DNA of 64,000 bases from Bryobacterales bacterium (GTDB lineage Bacteria; Acidobacteriota; Terriglobia; Bryobacterales; UBA6623), in the NCBI GenBank assembly GCA_028819575.1, contig JAPPLB010000123.1:1227-65226 (forward strand), written 5' to 3'. Below the pieces are notes generated by a model. It saw nothing but the letters and a program-made list of their open reading frames with translations. It was not told where the DNA came from and made no database searches. Below, in pieces: positions 52,881 through 62,571 of this stretch (positions within the stretch are counted from its first letter, which is position 1; every line of letters begins with the position of its first letter). The translations under genes and the position numbers were made by a program.

Positions 52881-54047
52881 ATGACAAGACAGAGCACACG
52901 TCGTGACATTCTCAAAGACAGCCTCGCGCTGGCGGGGCTGGGTGCGCTGGGCATACCGCAGTGGGCGGTTCCGGCCCTGGCGCAGGGCGAAACGCTCATG
53001 GAGTTCACCGACCTGCCGGACGAGATCAAGCTGATCCGGGGGCCCGACCGCCGCATCATCGACGTGCGTCACATTGACAGCTTCCTGACGCCGGCCGACG
53101 AGTTCTTCACGACGCAGCACTACGGCCACCCCGAGATCGACGTCTCGACGTACCGTTTGCAGGTCTCCGGCCTGGTTGACAAGCCGCTGGCGCTGTCGAT
53201 CGAAGACCTGCGGTCGATGCCCAGCCGCGAGTTGATCTTCGGGTTCGAGTGCTCGGGCAACCGCGGTCCGCTGAACGGGTTGTCGAGCAACGGCCGCTGG
53301 ATGGGCGTCCCGCTGCGGGCGGTGCTCGATCTCGCCGGGGTACAAGACGAAGCGCGGGAGATCGTCTTCCTTGGCGCCGATCACGGCGAAGAGGAAGTGC
53401 AGTTCCGGAGAGGGACCTACAAGGTCGACCAGCAGTACGGCCGGAGCCTGCCGCGCGACAAGGCGATGTCGGACGAGCCGCTGCTCGCCTACAGCCTCAA
53501 CGGCGAACCGCTGACCCCTCATCAGGGACGACCGGTGCGCCTGCTCGTGCCGGGATGGTACGGCGCGCCCAACGTCAAGTTCCTCGCCGAGATCCACGTC
53601 CAGCGAGACCAATATCTCGGGAAGTACCAGGCGCGGTGGTACCGCACCCTGAAGGGCGAGATGGTCAACGGCGAGATGAAGTGGAAGGAGACGGCGATTA
53701 CGCGGATGCAGTTGAAGTCATTCATCGCGCGGGTCACCCGCCGCGGAAACGGCCACAACATCTTCGGCGTCGTGCTGCACGACGGCACCCCGGTCCGCTC
53801 GGTCGAGGTGAAGATCGACGACGGGCCGTGGCAGCCGGCGACGATCGATCAGGAAACGACGCGCGAGAAGTATTCCTGGAAGTTCTTCAACTACGCCTGG
53901 AACGGCGCGACGCCGGGCGAGCACACGGTCACCTCGCGGGCGACGGACGTCAACGGAGTGGTGCAGCCGACGGCGGAGGAACTGGAGGTCAAGAAGACGT
54001 TCCTGGAGCACAACGCGCAGCTACCGCGGCCCGTGATCATCGCGTGA
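52881..54047 (+). CDS. Sulfite oxidase-family molybdopterin oxidoreductase, Tat-exported
   Basis: STRRDILK Tat motif, ECSGNR Mo-ligand Cys, LNGEPL..HQGRPVRLLVPGWYG. Confidence 0.92.
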   Translation: MTRQSTRRDILKDSLALAGLGALGIPQWAVPALAQGETLMEFTDLPDEIKLIRGPDRRIIDVRHIDSFLTPADEFFTTQHYGHPEIDVSTYRLQVSGLVDKPLALSIEDLRSMPSRELIFGFECSGNRGPLNGLSSNGRWMGVPLRAVLDLAGVQDEAREIVFLGADHGEEEVQFRRGTYKVDQQYGRSLPRDKAMSDEPLLAYSLNGEPLTPHQGRPVRLLVPGWYGAPNVKFLAEIHVQRDQYLGKYQARWYRTLKGEMVNGEMKWKETAITRMQLKSFIARVTRRGNGHNIFGVVLHDGTPVRSVEVKIDDGPWQPATIDQETTREKYSWKFFNYAWNGATPGEHTVTSRATDVNGVVQPTAEELEVKKTFLEHNAQLPRPVIIA

Positions 54048-54125
54048 CGCTCGCCGGCCGTTCGCCAACAACCCAAAGCCGCTCGCAATCGAAGACGGGG
54101 CTCGGCTGACAGCTTACGTCTTCCG

Positions 54126-54686
54126 TCAGCCAAGCAGTTGTTCCGCGGCGCGGACGTGGACTCCGAAGGCCTCCGCGCCGAAGAGGACAAAGGCCACCCG
54201 CTCAATCGGACACTCGGGAGCGCTGAGTTCCGCGGAGACGGTTCCGACAGCGATCTCGGCGGCGGCAGCCATCGGATAGCCGTAGACACCCGTCGAGATG
54301 GAGGGGAACGTGATCGTGCGCGCGCCTTTTTCCGCGGCGAGTTGCATCGAGACGCGGTAACAGGAAGCCAGCAGATCGGGCTCACCCTGCTCGCCATCGC
54401 GATAGACGGGCCCCACGGCGTGGACCACATAGCGGGCCGGCAACTCTCCGGCGCCGGTCACGACGGCCTGGCCGGTTTGGCAGCGCCCGATCGAGGGGCG
54501 GATGGCGTCGAGCTCCCTCATGATCGAGGGCCCGCCGGCGCGGTGGATCGCTCCGTCGACGCCCCCGCCGCCCACCAGCCGCGCATTGGCGGCGTTGACG
54601 ATGGCGTCAACGGGGACCTTGGTGATGTCTCCTTCCAAGAAAGACAGCGTTGCGTCGGCGACTTGAAAATCCCTGGATGCGGACAT
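54126..54686 (-). CDS. Macro domain O-acetyl-ADP-ribose deacetylase (YmdB-like)
   Basis: GDITK, IVNAAN..L.GGGGVDGAIHRAGG, HAVGP, FPSISTGVYGYP. Confidence 0.95.
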   Translation of the reverse strand: MSASRDFQVADATLSFLEGDITKVPVDAIVNAANARLVGGGGVDGAIHRAGGPSIMRELDAIRPSIGRCQTGQAVVTGAGELPARYVVHAVGPVYRDGEQGEPDLLASCYRVSMQLAAEKGARTITFPSISTGVYGYPMAAAAEIAVGTVSAELSAPECPIERVAFVLFGAEAFGVHVRAAEQLLG

Positions 54687-54935
54687 CCTGCGCTCCTCCG
54701 GATCCGGATTACCTGCATTTCTCGCGGGCAGTGGGTGATGAACCGAACCGAAACAACCATTATCGCCGCACCCTCGACCGCAGAGCCGGAGGCTGCAATC
54801 GCCGTCCGGATGAATGATCGCCGCGATGACGAGAGGGGCCAAGGCGAACATCCGGTCAGCGGTCCGGCCGTGAGAAGAGCGGCGGCCTGATCGAGGCAGC
54901 TCGAAATCATCGCTTCCCACAGTGCCCCGCCCGGC

Positions 54936-54941
54936 TATAAT
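54936..54941 (+). promoter_or_regulatory. Candidate sigma70 -10 box for nuoB
   Basis: Consensus TATAAT 20 bp upstream of the nuoB ATG in GC-rich DNA; no clear -35. Confidence 0.5.
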
Positions 54942-54961
54942 GTTCTCTTCGGGGATCACGA

Positions 54962-55528
54962 ATGCCGTATCTGCAAAACCAATTCGAACGCAACTTCATG
55001 ACGACGTCGGTTGACTACGTATTCAACTGGGCGCGCAAATCGGCCATCTGGCCACTGACGTTCGGATTGGCCTGCTGCGCGATCGAGATGATCGCCTCGT
55101 CGACCTCGCGGTTCGACATCGCCCGTTTCGGGGCCGAAGTGTTCCGGCCCAGCCCGCGCCAATCGGACCTGATGATCGTCGCCGGGACGGTGACGCTGAA
55201 GATGTCGCCGGTCCTCAAGCGCATCTGGGACCAGATGCCCGAACCGAAGTGGTGCATTTCGATGGGCGCCTGCTCGTCTGTCGGCGGGCCGTTCAACACC
55301 TACGGCGTGCTGCAGGGCGTCGACAAGATCGTGCCGGTCGATGTGTATGTCCTCGGCTGTCCGCCGCGTCCGGAGAACCTCTTCTACGCGCTCCTGAAGC
55401 TGCAGGACAAAATCGACCGCATGACGACGCTCACCACGCGGCCGACGCAAGTCCGGCTCGACGAGTCGATGTTCGAAGACTTCAAGCGCCGCGTCATGAT
55501 CGCTCAGACGCAGAACCCGGCGGCCTGA
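54962..55528 (+). CDS. nuoB: NADH-quinone oxidoreductase subunit B (stand-alone)
   Basis: [37 protein letters not shown]. Confidence 0.97.
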   Translation: MPYLQNQFERNFMTTSVDYVFNWARKSAIWPLTFGLACCAIEMIASSTSRFDIARFGAEVFRPSPRQSDLMIVAGTVTLKMSPVLKRIWDQMPEPKWCISMGACSSVGGPFNTYGVLQGVDKIVPVDVYVLGCPPRPENLFYALLKLQDKIDRMTTLTTRPTQVRLDESMFEDFKRRVMIAQTQNPAA

Positions 55529-55676
55529 GAACACGCGCCGGTCATCGCGGAGCGGAGGGCGTAGCACCCCTGACAGTCCAGTCCGTTCCCGTTTGCCATT
55601 CGTCGTAATCAGAGGCCGTCCTTGCCCATGAGGCGCGGGGGTTCGCTGATGCACCCCAGGGCTTCGGTTCGCCAAT

Positions 55677-56243
55677 ATGAAAGGGAGCGAGCGGATCGCA
55701 AGAACATTGACTGCCACGAAACCCGGAGACCAGCGACGGCCGAACAAGGACGATTTGTCACAACACTTCAAGAACCAATGGTTTGTCGTCATCTCCTGGA
55801 CGGCAGCGCTGCTCAGTTCCTGCTCGCTCTTCATGCCGCCCGGGTATGTGCCTCGAATGCCCGCTCCGCCCGTCCCGTCCGGCGGCGAGCTGTTCCAGAG
55901 CTACTGCGCCGCCTGCCATCAGTACGACGGACAGGGCGTCGGCGAGGCGCCGCCGCTCGACAACTCCCCCTGGGTGGTCGGCCCTGCCGAGCGCCTGATC
56001 AAGATCGCGCTCCACGGCGTGCGGGGAAAGATGGAAATCCAAGGCAAGACCTACAATCGCGAAATGCCCGGCTTCGGCCAGATCCTCTCCGACGAGGACA
56101 CGGCTACTCTGCTCAGCTTCGTCCGTTCCCGCTTCGGAGCTCCCGAGGAACCCATTTCCGCCGCCATGGTCCATCAGGTCCGCACCGCCAACGAAGGGCG
56201 TACCGACTACTGGACCGTCGAAGAGCTGCTCAACGCCCCCTGA
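55677..56243 (+). CDS. Mono-heme cytochrome c, probably membrane/lipid anchored
   Basis: CAACH, PPL, distal MP; hydrophobic stretch ending LLSSC; start uncertain. Confidence 0.88.
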   Translation: MKGSERIARTLTATKPGDQRRPNKDDLSQHFKNQWFVVISWTAALLSSCSLFMPPGYVPRMPAPPVPSGGELFQSYCAACHQYDGQGVGEAPPLDNSPWVVGPAERLIKIALHGVRGKMEIQGKTYNREMPGFGQILSDEDTATLLSFVRSRFGAPEEPISAAMVHQVRTANEGRTDYWTVEELLNAP

Positions 56244-56293
56244 TCTGCGAGGGTTCTCGACGCCGGGGCGTCAGGAGTTCACCGGCGCGAACA

Positions 56294-56725
56294 TCAGCCT
56301 TCTCCGTCGAAGGGCGCACGGCGGTCCGCTTTGAGCCGTGCGTGCAGGCGCTTCTCATCGAGCCGCCGTTGCACCGACTTGTGGGAGGGCCGAGTCTTCC
56401 TTCTGACCTTCGCCGGCTCGATCGCTTGACGAATCAACGCGGCGAGTTTCGTTCGCGCGTCCTCGCGGTTCCTGGACTGGTCACGCGTGCGGCTCGAGGT
56501 AACGATCAATTCCCCGCCCTCTGTCAGCCGCGGTGAGAGACGTTCGATCAGGCGGGACCTCTCATCGCCGGCCAAGACAGTACTCTGGTGAGGTTTCCAC
56601 CGCAGCTCCACCTTCGTCTCGACCTTGTTGACATTCTGGCCGCCGGGGCCACCTGACCGCGCGAAAGAGATCCGCACTTCCGCCGCCGGGATCGTCAACC
56701 GGTCGTTGATGATCAAGTCGTCCAT
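56294..56725 (-). CDS. arfB: Alternative ribosome rescue factor B
   Basis: RSGGPGGQNVNKV, RDQSRN, basic RRKTRPS tail. Confidence 0.96.
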   Translation of the reverse strand: MDDLIINDRLTIPAAEVRISFARSGGPGGQNVNKVETKVELRWKPHQSTVLAGDERSRLIERLSPRLTEGGELIVTSSRTRDQSRNREDARTKLAALIRQAIEPAKVRRKTRPSHKSVQRRLDEKRLHARLKADRRAPFDGEG

Positions 56726-56810
56726 GGAATCCGGGCTTCAACGCCTTCTTGGATTGTAATCTTCCATACGCGGCGCAGATAGAACGGACTTGACTTGCGC
56801 CCGCAATCTA

Positions 56811-56826
56811 TACTAAAAAATTAGTA
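56811..56826. promoter_or_regulatory. Candidate BlaI-type operator TACTAA-N4-TTAGTA
   Basis: Perfect inverted repeat ending 3 bp before the blaI-like ATG; TTGACT at 56790. Confidence 0.7.
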
Positions 56827-56829
56827 CTA

Positions 56830-57207
56830 ATGAAGACGAAAACTAACGTCCTTACTCCGCAGGAACTCGAAATCATGAAGGTCGTCTGGGAGCGGGGAGC
56901 AAGCACCGTCCGCGATGTCTACGAGCTTCTTCGCAAAAAGCGCAAGGTCGCCTACACAACGGTGATGACGATGATGAACATCCTGGTCGACAAGAAGCAC
57001 CTGCAACGAGAGAAAGTAGACGGCGCGTATCGCTACGAGCCGACCAAGCCGAAGAAGCAGGTTGTGGGCGCAATGGTGCGGGACTTTGTCGGCCGGGTCT
57101 TCGATGGATCGGCGCGGCCCTTGTTGCTGCAACTGGTCGAGGATCGGCACTTGACCGAAGCGGACCTGCAAGAGATCGAGCAACTCATCGAGGAGAAGCT
57201 GAAATGA
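56830..57207 (+). CDS. BlaI/MecI/CopY family repressor
   Basis: LTPQELEIMKVVW, AYTTVMT, FDGS. Confidence 0.95.
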   Translation: MKTKTNVLTPQELEIMKVVWERGASTVRDVYELLRKKRKVAYTTVMTMMNILVDKKHLQREKVDGAYRYEPTKPKKQVVGAMVRDFVGRVFDGSARPLLLQLVEDRHLTEADLQEIEQLIEEKLK

Positions 57208-58550
57208 TGTCGTGGTGGGTTGGGAATCTGTTTGACTACTCATTGCAGGTCATGCTGTTGATTACGGCCGGCAGCCTGCTTGCGGCGGTGTTTCGGCTGC
57301 GCGAGCCGCGAGTCCGGCTTGCCTGCCGGCAAACACTTCTGGCCTGTTGCCTGCTGCTGCCGCTGGTGCAGCCTTGGCGCGAACCGGTTGCGACCCCGGC
57401 CTCGGACTTCACCCTGGCGGCTCCGGTAGCTGCTGTGGGCAATGGGCTGGACGAGTCGTGGGGTACTGTGGCCGCTTTCGTGCTCGGAGGCGGAGCCGTC
57501 TTTCATCTGCTGTGGTTGGGCGCCGGGATCATCCGGCTCCGTCGTCTGAAAAAGTCGGCGCGACGATTCGATGCCCGCGAGGAACGTGTTCCGGTGCTCA
57601 CTACAGGGAACGTAGCTCCTCAGTTTCTTGTCACTTCACTGGTGGATGGACCCGTCACGTTCGGCTGGTTTCGACCGGTCATACTTCTGCCGGAATCGTT
57701 TGCCGAGACCCATCCCGGAACGCAATCAGCCGTACTCACCCATGAGCTGGTTCACGTAGAGCGCCGTGACTGGTTGTGGACCGCAGCGGAAGAAATCATC
57801 CGGTCCCTGTTGTGGTTTCATCCGGCTGTTCGTTGGCTGATCAGCCGGATTCAGCTTGCTCGCGAGCAGGTGGTGGACCGTGAAGTCGTGAACCGCACCG
57901 GTGACCGTGAAGCGTATCTGCGCGCGTTGGTGGAGATCACAAAGGCTCGCGCCGCTCCGGCGTTCCCGGCAGTTCCCGCCTTCCTGCGAAGGTGGCATCT
58001 CAAAGCAAGAGTCCAAACTCTCTTGGAGGAGGTATCGATGACGAAGTCTCGAATGGTCGTTTCGCTGGCCGCGGCGGCTGTTTTGTTGACCGCAGTGGGC
58101 GTCTTGGCGGTCTCTTACTTCCCTTTGCACACGGATTCCCAACAGGCGCGGGATCTTGAACGCGGCGAGGACGGAGCCTCCCCACGCCACTTTCGCGATC
58201 TCGATGAACGCCAAAGGCGCAATATCCTCGAAGGTCTTGAAGGCCGGACTCGTCAGGGGAATCTCGAACGCGTCGGGAACGGAGTCTCCGCACCCCGGCT
58301 CCTGAACAAGGTCGAGCCGGTGTACAGCGAGGAGGCGCGCGAAGCGAAAGTGCAGGGAACCGCAGTCCTTGAAATGGAAGTCTGGCCCGATGGCAAGGCT
58401 CACAATATCCGAGTCGTGCGCGGCCTCGGCAGTGGGCTCGACGAGCAAGCGGTGAAAGCGATCGAGCAGTGGGAGTTCGAGCCCGGGATTAAGGGTGGCG
58501 AGCCGGTGCGCGTCGCCGCCACTGTCGAGATGAACTTCCGGATGAACTAA
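57204..58550 (+). CDS. M56 (BlaR1-like) peptidase fused to TonB C-terminal domain
   Basis: GPVTFGWFRPVILLP, HELVH (HExxH), WFHP, RE..D; C-terminal VEPVYSEEAREAKVQG..GLDEQAV..WEFEPG. Confidence 0.93.
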   Translation: MMSWWVGNLFDYSLQVMLLITAGSLLAAVFRLREPRVRLACRQTLLACCLLLPLVQPWREPVATPASDFTLAAPVAAVGNGLDESWGTVAAFVLGGGAVFHLLWLGAGIIRLRRLKKSARRFDAREERVPVLTTGNVAPQFLVTSLVDGPVTFGWFRPVILLPESFAETHPGTQSAVLTHELVHVERRDWLWTAAEEIIRSLLWFHPAVRWLISRIQLAREQVVDREVVNRTGDREAYLRALVEITKARAAPAFPAVPAFLRRWHLKARVQTLLEEVSMTKSRMVVSLAAAAVLLTAVGVLAVSYFPLHTDSQQARDLERGEDGASPRHFRDLDERQRRNILEGLEGRTRQGNLERVGNGVSAPRLLNKVEPVYSEEAREAKVQGTAVLEMEVWPDGKAHNIRVVRGLGSGLDEQAVKAIEQWEFEPGIKGGEPVRVAATVEMNFRMN

Positions 58551-58730
58551 CCTGCATTTCTCACCTCCCGACGGTCGAAGCACGCGATACGACCGCCATG
58601 ACTTCGTTGCGCTTTCTTGCCGTGCTCAATGTACCGTCGAGTACACCTGCGCGCGGCAAGCGGCGCGCGCCTCGCCCTGACGGCCCTCTCACGCACTTCG
58701 TCTTGCCACGTGGTGAGAAATACAGGCTAA
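58547..58730 (-). mobile_element. MITE-like repeat copy G (intact, CTAA direct flanks)
   Basis: CCTGCATTTCTCACC/GGTGAGAAATACAGG (58551-58726) flanked by CTAA both sides; reverse complement aligns end to end with copy C. Confidence 0.9.
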
Positions 58731-58736
58731 GGGTCG

Positions 58737-59420
58737 TCACTTCCTGAACAGGAGCACGTACTGATACGGAAGGTGATCGAAGGTGCGGTCGAATTGGAAA
58801 CCGACCGACTCGATCTCTTTCCTGAAACCGTCGCGGTCAAGGCGGATATGGTTTTTGCGGCGCTCCTCGGACATGCGCGGATGCTCGCGGCTGCGGTAGA
58901 AATCGATCACGGCCAGCCTCCCGCCCGGTTTCACGGCTTCGTAGACCGTCGCCATCGTCTCTTCGGGGTAGTTCAGGTGATGGTAGACATCCAGGATGAA
59001 AGCCAGGTCCAAGGAGTTCTCCGGCAGCTCCACGTCCTTCTGGGCTCCCTTCACGATCTCGATGTTCTTCCAGCCGTTCTCCGTGGCTTTCTGTTTGACC
59101 TTCTCGAGGAAGTCGTCCTGAATGTCCTCGGCGTACACCCGGCCTGACGGGCCGACGGCATCGATCATGTAGGGCAGCATGAAGCCGACTCCGGTGCCGA
59201 TGTCGGCGATGGTCTCGCCGGGGTCGACACCAATCGATTCCAGCAACTCCACCGGTTTTTGCCGCTCGACACGGTCGGGGTTGTCGAGATTTCTCGCGAC
59301 GCGGGCGCGATCCTTTTTGGTCTTGTATCCGGTGTTGGCCTTTTCGGCCACCTGCGCGAATGCGGCGGTCGACAACAGAGCTCCGGCAAGCAGGGCGGCG
59401 GCGAAGGAATGGATTCTCAT
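58737..59420 (-). CDS. Class I SAM-dependent methyltransferase with signal peptide
   Basis: IADIGTGVG, VYAEDIQ, DVYHH, KPGGRL; N-terminal MRIHSFAAALLAGALLSTAAFAQ. Confidence 0.9.
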   Translation of the reverse strand: MRIHSFAAALLAGALLSTAAFAQVAEKANTGYKTKKDRARVARNLDNPDRVERQKPVELLESIGVDPGETIADIGTGVGFMLPYMIDAVGPSGRVYAEDIQDDFLEKVKQKATENGWKNIEIVKGAQKDVELPENSLDLAFILDVYHHLNYPEETMATVYEAVKPGGRLAVIDFYRSREHPRMSEERRKNHIRLDRDGFRKEIESVGFQFDRTFDHLPYQYVLLFRK

Positions 59421-59683
59421 AGCTGTGTTCCTCGGAAGAAGCGGTTGCGGAAGCTGCCGGCTCCCACCCGCCTCAGTGTCATCATACCGCCCCCGGCTGG
59501 AACGATTCTCATTCCGGATGGTCCAGGGCGCGACAGTGGAACAGGACGTCACGGTCCGATTCATTCCCGACAAGCCGTTCGATATCCACCACGAAGAGGC
59601 AACGCAGCATCGGACATCGCCCTCATCGGACTGCGTGAAAGAGAGGCCTCAGGTTCCAGTATCATTGGGAATCGAGGTTCGCG

Positions 59684-62560
59684 ATGATTCGACAAACGGT
59701 CCGGCTGGTTGCCGCACGCACTCTTGTTTTCCTTGTGATCGCTGCCGCGGCGGTTCCGCTCGCGGCGCAGCAGCGTTTCCGGATCCTGTTCGGCGGCGCC
59801 GATGCGACGGTTGCGGATTGGAGCGGTTCACTCTCGGCCGCGTCCGGCGAGGCCAGGATTGTTGCGTCGCACCACTTCGGCCCCGATGAATCGTTTGACG
59901 AGTCATCATGGCAATGCGGCAATCAGTGGGACGGCAAGCTGCAGATGGAGCCAAAGGACCAGGCGGCCTTCCCGCCAACGCGCTGGAAGGGCGTGATCGT
60001 CGATGTCGAAGGCGGCGACCAGACGTCGATCTCGATCAAGACCGCGCAGGGAGACGCCCGGTTCCGAGCCGGCGAAGTGCGCTACCAGGAGACTCTGAAG
60101 CGGCTCGACGGGCGCATTCAGATCGAGCGCGCTCCGGCCTCGCAGCGAATGTCGGAAAGCTTGGCCGACGATGACTATCCGGCAATGACGATCGGCCCGG
60201 ACGGCCGCGTATGGGTGGCCTGGATCGCGTTCGAGGACGGAATGGATACGGTCCGGCTTCGTTCGTCGTCAGACGGCGAGACATGGGACGAGGCCGTCAC
60301 GCTTGCCCCCGCCGGCGACTACTACCAAGTGGCTCTGATTTCGACCAAGCCGCTGGCGGTCACGGCCGTTGCGTCGACGATTCGAGACGGTCTCGTTCAT
60401 CTCCATGAAGTGGAGTACACGGTCGGCGGTGCGCCGACGGGCGAGGCGCTGACACGCGGGCCGGGGCCGGACACGTTTCCCCGCATGGCGGCGGCACCGA
60501 ACGGCGACGTGTACCTGGTGTACCAGTCGGGCGGTGAGGGAAACACGGACGTGTCGCTGATGATCAGGCGCGGGGAGCGGTGGTCGGCACCGATCAAGGT
60601 GACGGAGCATCCGGCCAACGACTGGGAGCCATCGATCGCGGTCAACTCGCGCGGCGAGGCCGCCATTGCCTGGGACAGCTATCGACATGGGAACTACGAC
60701 ATCTTCCTGAGGCGCTACGTCAACGGAGAGCTGGGCCTGCTGGAACGCCTGACCGCGAGTGAAGACTTCCAGGCGCACGTGAGTCTGGCCTATGACCATC
60801 GCGACCGACTCTGGATGGCCTGGGACAACGGCGGCCCGAACTGGGGCAAGGATCACTACGGGATCAACGGCATCCACCGCGGCGAGAGCGGCCTGTACTT
60901 CCACCGGCAAGCTCAGGTACGGGTGCTCGATCGCGGCCGGATTGCGAAGCCCACCCTACCGATCGATCATCGGTTCGCCCCGAGTCCGATCACCGGAAGC
61001 TGGATGGCCTTGGGCCTCGACAGTGCCCGGCAGACGTTCACCGAATACCCGGTGTTGCAAGTGGATGGCAAGGGCCGAGTTTGGGCGATTCTGCGGACGC
61101 GCACCCTGGGCCGGGCGAATCCACCCTCGGTTGCGGCGCGCTCGATCTTCCCCTACTGGGATTACAAGGCCACGATGTTCGACGGCCACGGCTGGACGCG
61201 GCCGGTGTGGTTTGCTTTTTCCGATGGGCGCCTCGAGCAGCGGCCGGCCGTGGCGGTCGATGCTTCGGGCGAACTGTGGATCGCGTCGCAGACAGACGGG
61301 AAGAGCTATGCGCCGGATCATGAGCGCTTCTGGCAGTACGACGTATATGCGGGCAAGCTTGATCTCGATCAGACCCCCGGCGGGCGGGTCGAAAGCGAGT
61401 TCTTCGTAGGAACGGACGATCTACCTGCTCCCGAGGTAGTGGATGACGAGGAGCCGGCACTGGCCGATCCTCTTTGGAAGACCTACCAGATGGAGGTGGA
61501 CGGCGAGAATTACCACGTCACCTGGGGCGACTTGCATCGGCACAGCGACCTGTCGTTCGACGGATACAGCGACGGCAGTCTCTATGATTGCTACCGCTAT
61601 GCCATCGACGCGGCCCGACTGGATTTTCTCGGACCGTCCGAGCACCTGTTGCCGGAGAAGGTCGATACGACGTACTTGTGGCGCATGGTCGACAAGGCCG
61701 TGGACGTCTACAAGATCCCCGGCGTCTTCTATCCGATGCTGAACTATGAACGCACCGTCGCCTACCCCGACGGGCACCGCAACATCGTCTGGCGCGGACG
61801 CGGATACGATCCTGTCCGCATCAAACTCGGAGACCGTGACAACGGCGTCGCCGAGGACGACATGTTGATGCTCTGGAAGAGCCTGCTTTCCGGTGCGCGG
61901 CAGAAGGCGATCAGCATTCCGCACACGACCGCGACGCAAATGGGAACCGACTGGCGGTACAACGACGAGCAAGTCGAGCGCCTGGTCGAGATGTTCCAAG
62001 GCAACCGCGACTCCTACGAGTACCTGGGGGCTCCCCGAGGCGCCACCGCCGAAAAGATCGTCGTGGGAGGCTACATTACGTCGGGCGACATGCGACCGAA
62101 GGGATTTGTCTGGAATGCCCTCGCGAAGGGCTACAAGATGGGGTTCATCGCCAGCTCCGATCACCGCTCGACGCATATGTCTTATGCGGCGGTCTATACC
62201 CCGGAGCGCAGTTACGACGCAATCTGGGATTCACTCCATGCGCGCCGCACCTACGCGGCCACCGAGAACATCATCGTCGACTTCCAGAGCGCCGGCCATG
62301 CGATGGGTGAGGAGTTCTCCACCAACGAACCGCCGCGCTTCGACGTGCGAATCATCGGCACGGCGAATCTCCGGCAGATCGACATCATCAAGGACAACAC
62401 CTTCGTCTACACCGCCCACCCGGGCGTGCGCGAGGTCACCTTCAGCTATACCGACTCGGACATCGAGCCGGGCAGCCACTACTTCTACGTGCGCGTCATC
62501 CAGGAAGACAACAACATGGCCTGGGGAAGCCCCATCTGGGTCAACTACGCGAAGGACTGA
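59684..62560 (+). CDS. Large exported protein: beta-propeller-like repeats plus PHP/DUF3604-like metallohydrolase domain
   Basis: Signal peptide; repeated P.ia....G.vW.aW units; WGDLHRHS..S.DG, SEH, GHRN, IPH, SSDH, YFYVRV.Q....AWGSPIW. Confidence 0.8.
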   Translation: MIRQTVRLVAARTLVFLVIAAAAVPLAAQQRFRILFGGADATVADWSGSLSAASGEARIVASHHFGPDESFDESSWQCGNQWDGKLQMEPKDQAAFPPTRWKGVIVDVEGGDQTSISIKTAQGDARFRAGEVRYQETLKRLDGRIQIERAPASQRMSESLADDDYPAMTIGPDGRVWVAWIAFEDGMDTVRLRSSSDGETWDEAVTLAPAGDYYQVALISTKPLAVTAVASTIRDGLVHLHEVEYTVGGAPTGEALTRGPGPDTFPRMAAAPNGDVYLVYQSGGEGNTDVSLMIRRGERWSAPIKVTEHPANDWEPSIAVNSRGEAAIAWDSYRHGNYDIFLRRYVNGELGLLERLTASEDFQAHVSLAYDHRDRLWMAWDNGGPNWGKDHYGINGIHRGESGLYFHRQAQVRVLDRGRIAKPTLPIDHRFAPSPITGSWMALGLDSARQTFTEYPVLQVDGKGRVWAILRTRTLGRANPPSVAARSIFPYWDYKATMFDGHGWTRPVWFAFSDGRLEQRPAVAVDASGELWIASQTDGKSYAPDHERFWQYDVYAGKLDLDQTPGGRVESEFFVGTDDLPAPEVVDDEEPALADPLWKTYQMEVDGENYHVTWGDLHRHSDLSFDGYSDGSLYDCYRYAIDAARLDFLGPSEHLLPEKVDTTYLWRMVDKAVDVYKIPGVFYPMLNYERTVAYPDGHRNIVWRGRGYDPVRIKLGDRDNGVAEDDMLMLWKSLLSGARQKAISIPHTTATQMGTDWRYNDEQVERLVEMFQGNRDSYEYLGAPRGATAEKIVVGGYITSGDMRPKGFVWNALAKGYKMGFIASSDHRSTHMSYAAVYTPERSYDAIWDSLHARRTYAATENIIVDFQSAGHAMGEEFSTNEPPRFDVRIIGTANLRQIDIIKDNTFVYTAHPGVREVTFSYTDSDIEPGSHYFYVRVIQEDNNMAWGSPIWVNYAKD

Positions 62561-62571
62561 GGAAACGAGGT

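Noticed and set aside
54126-54686. Macro-domain gene as part of the defence islet (ADP-ribosylation system)
   Set aside because: Host-like GC and codon usage, ordinary YmdB-like sequence, separated from the islet by a molybdoenzyme gene, and no ADP-ribosyltransferase partner nearby.
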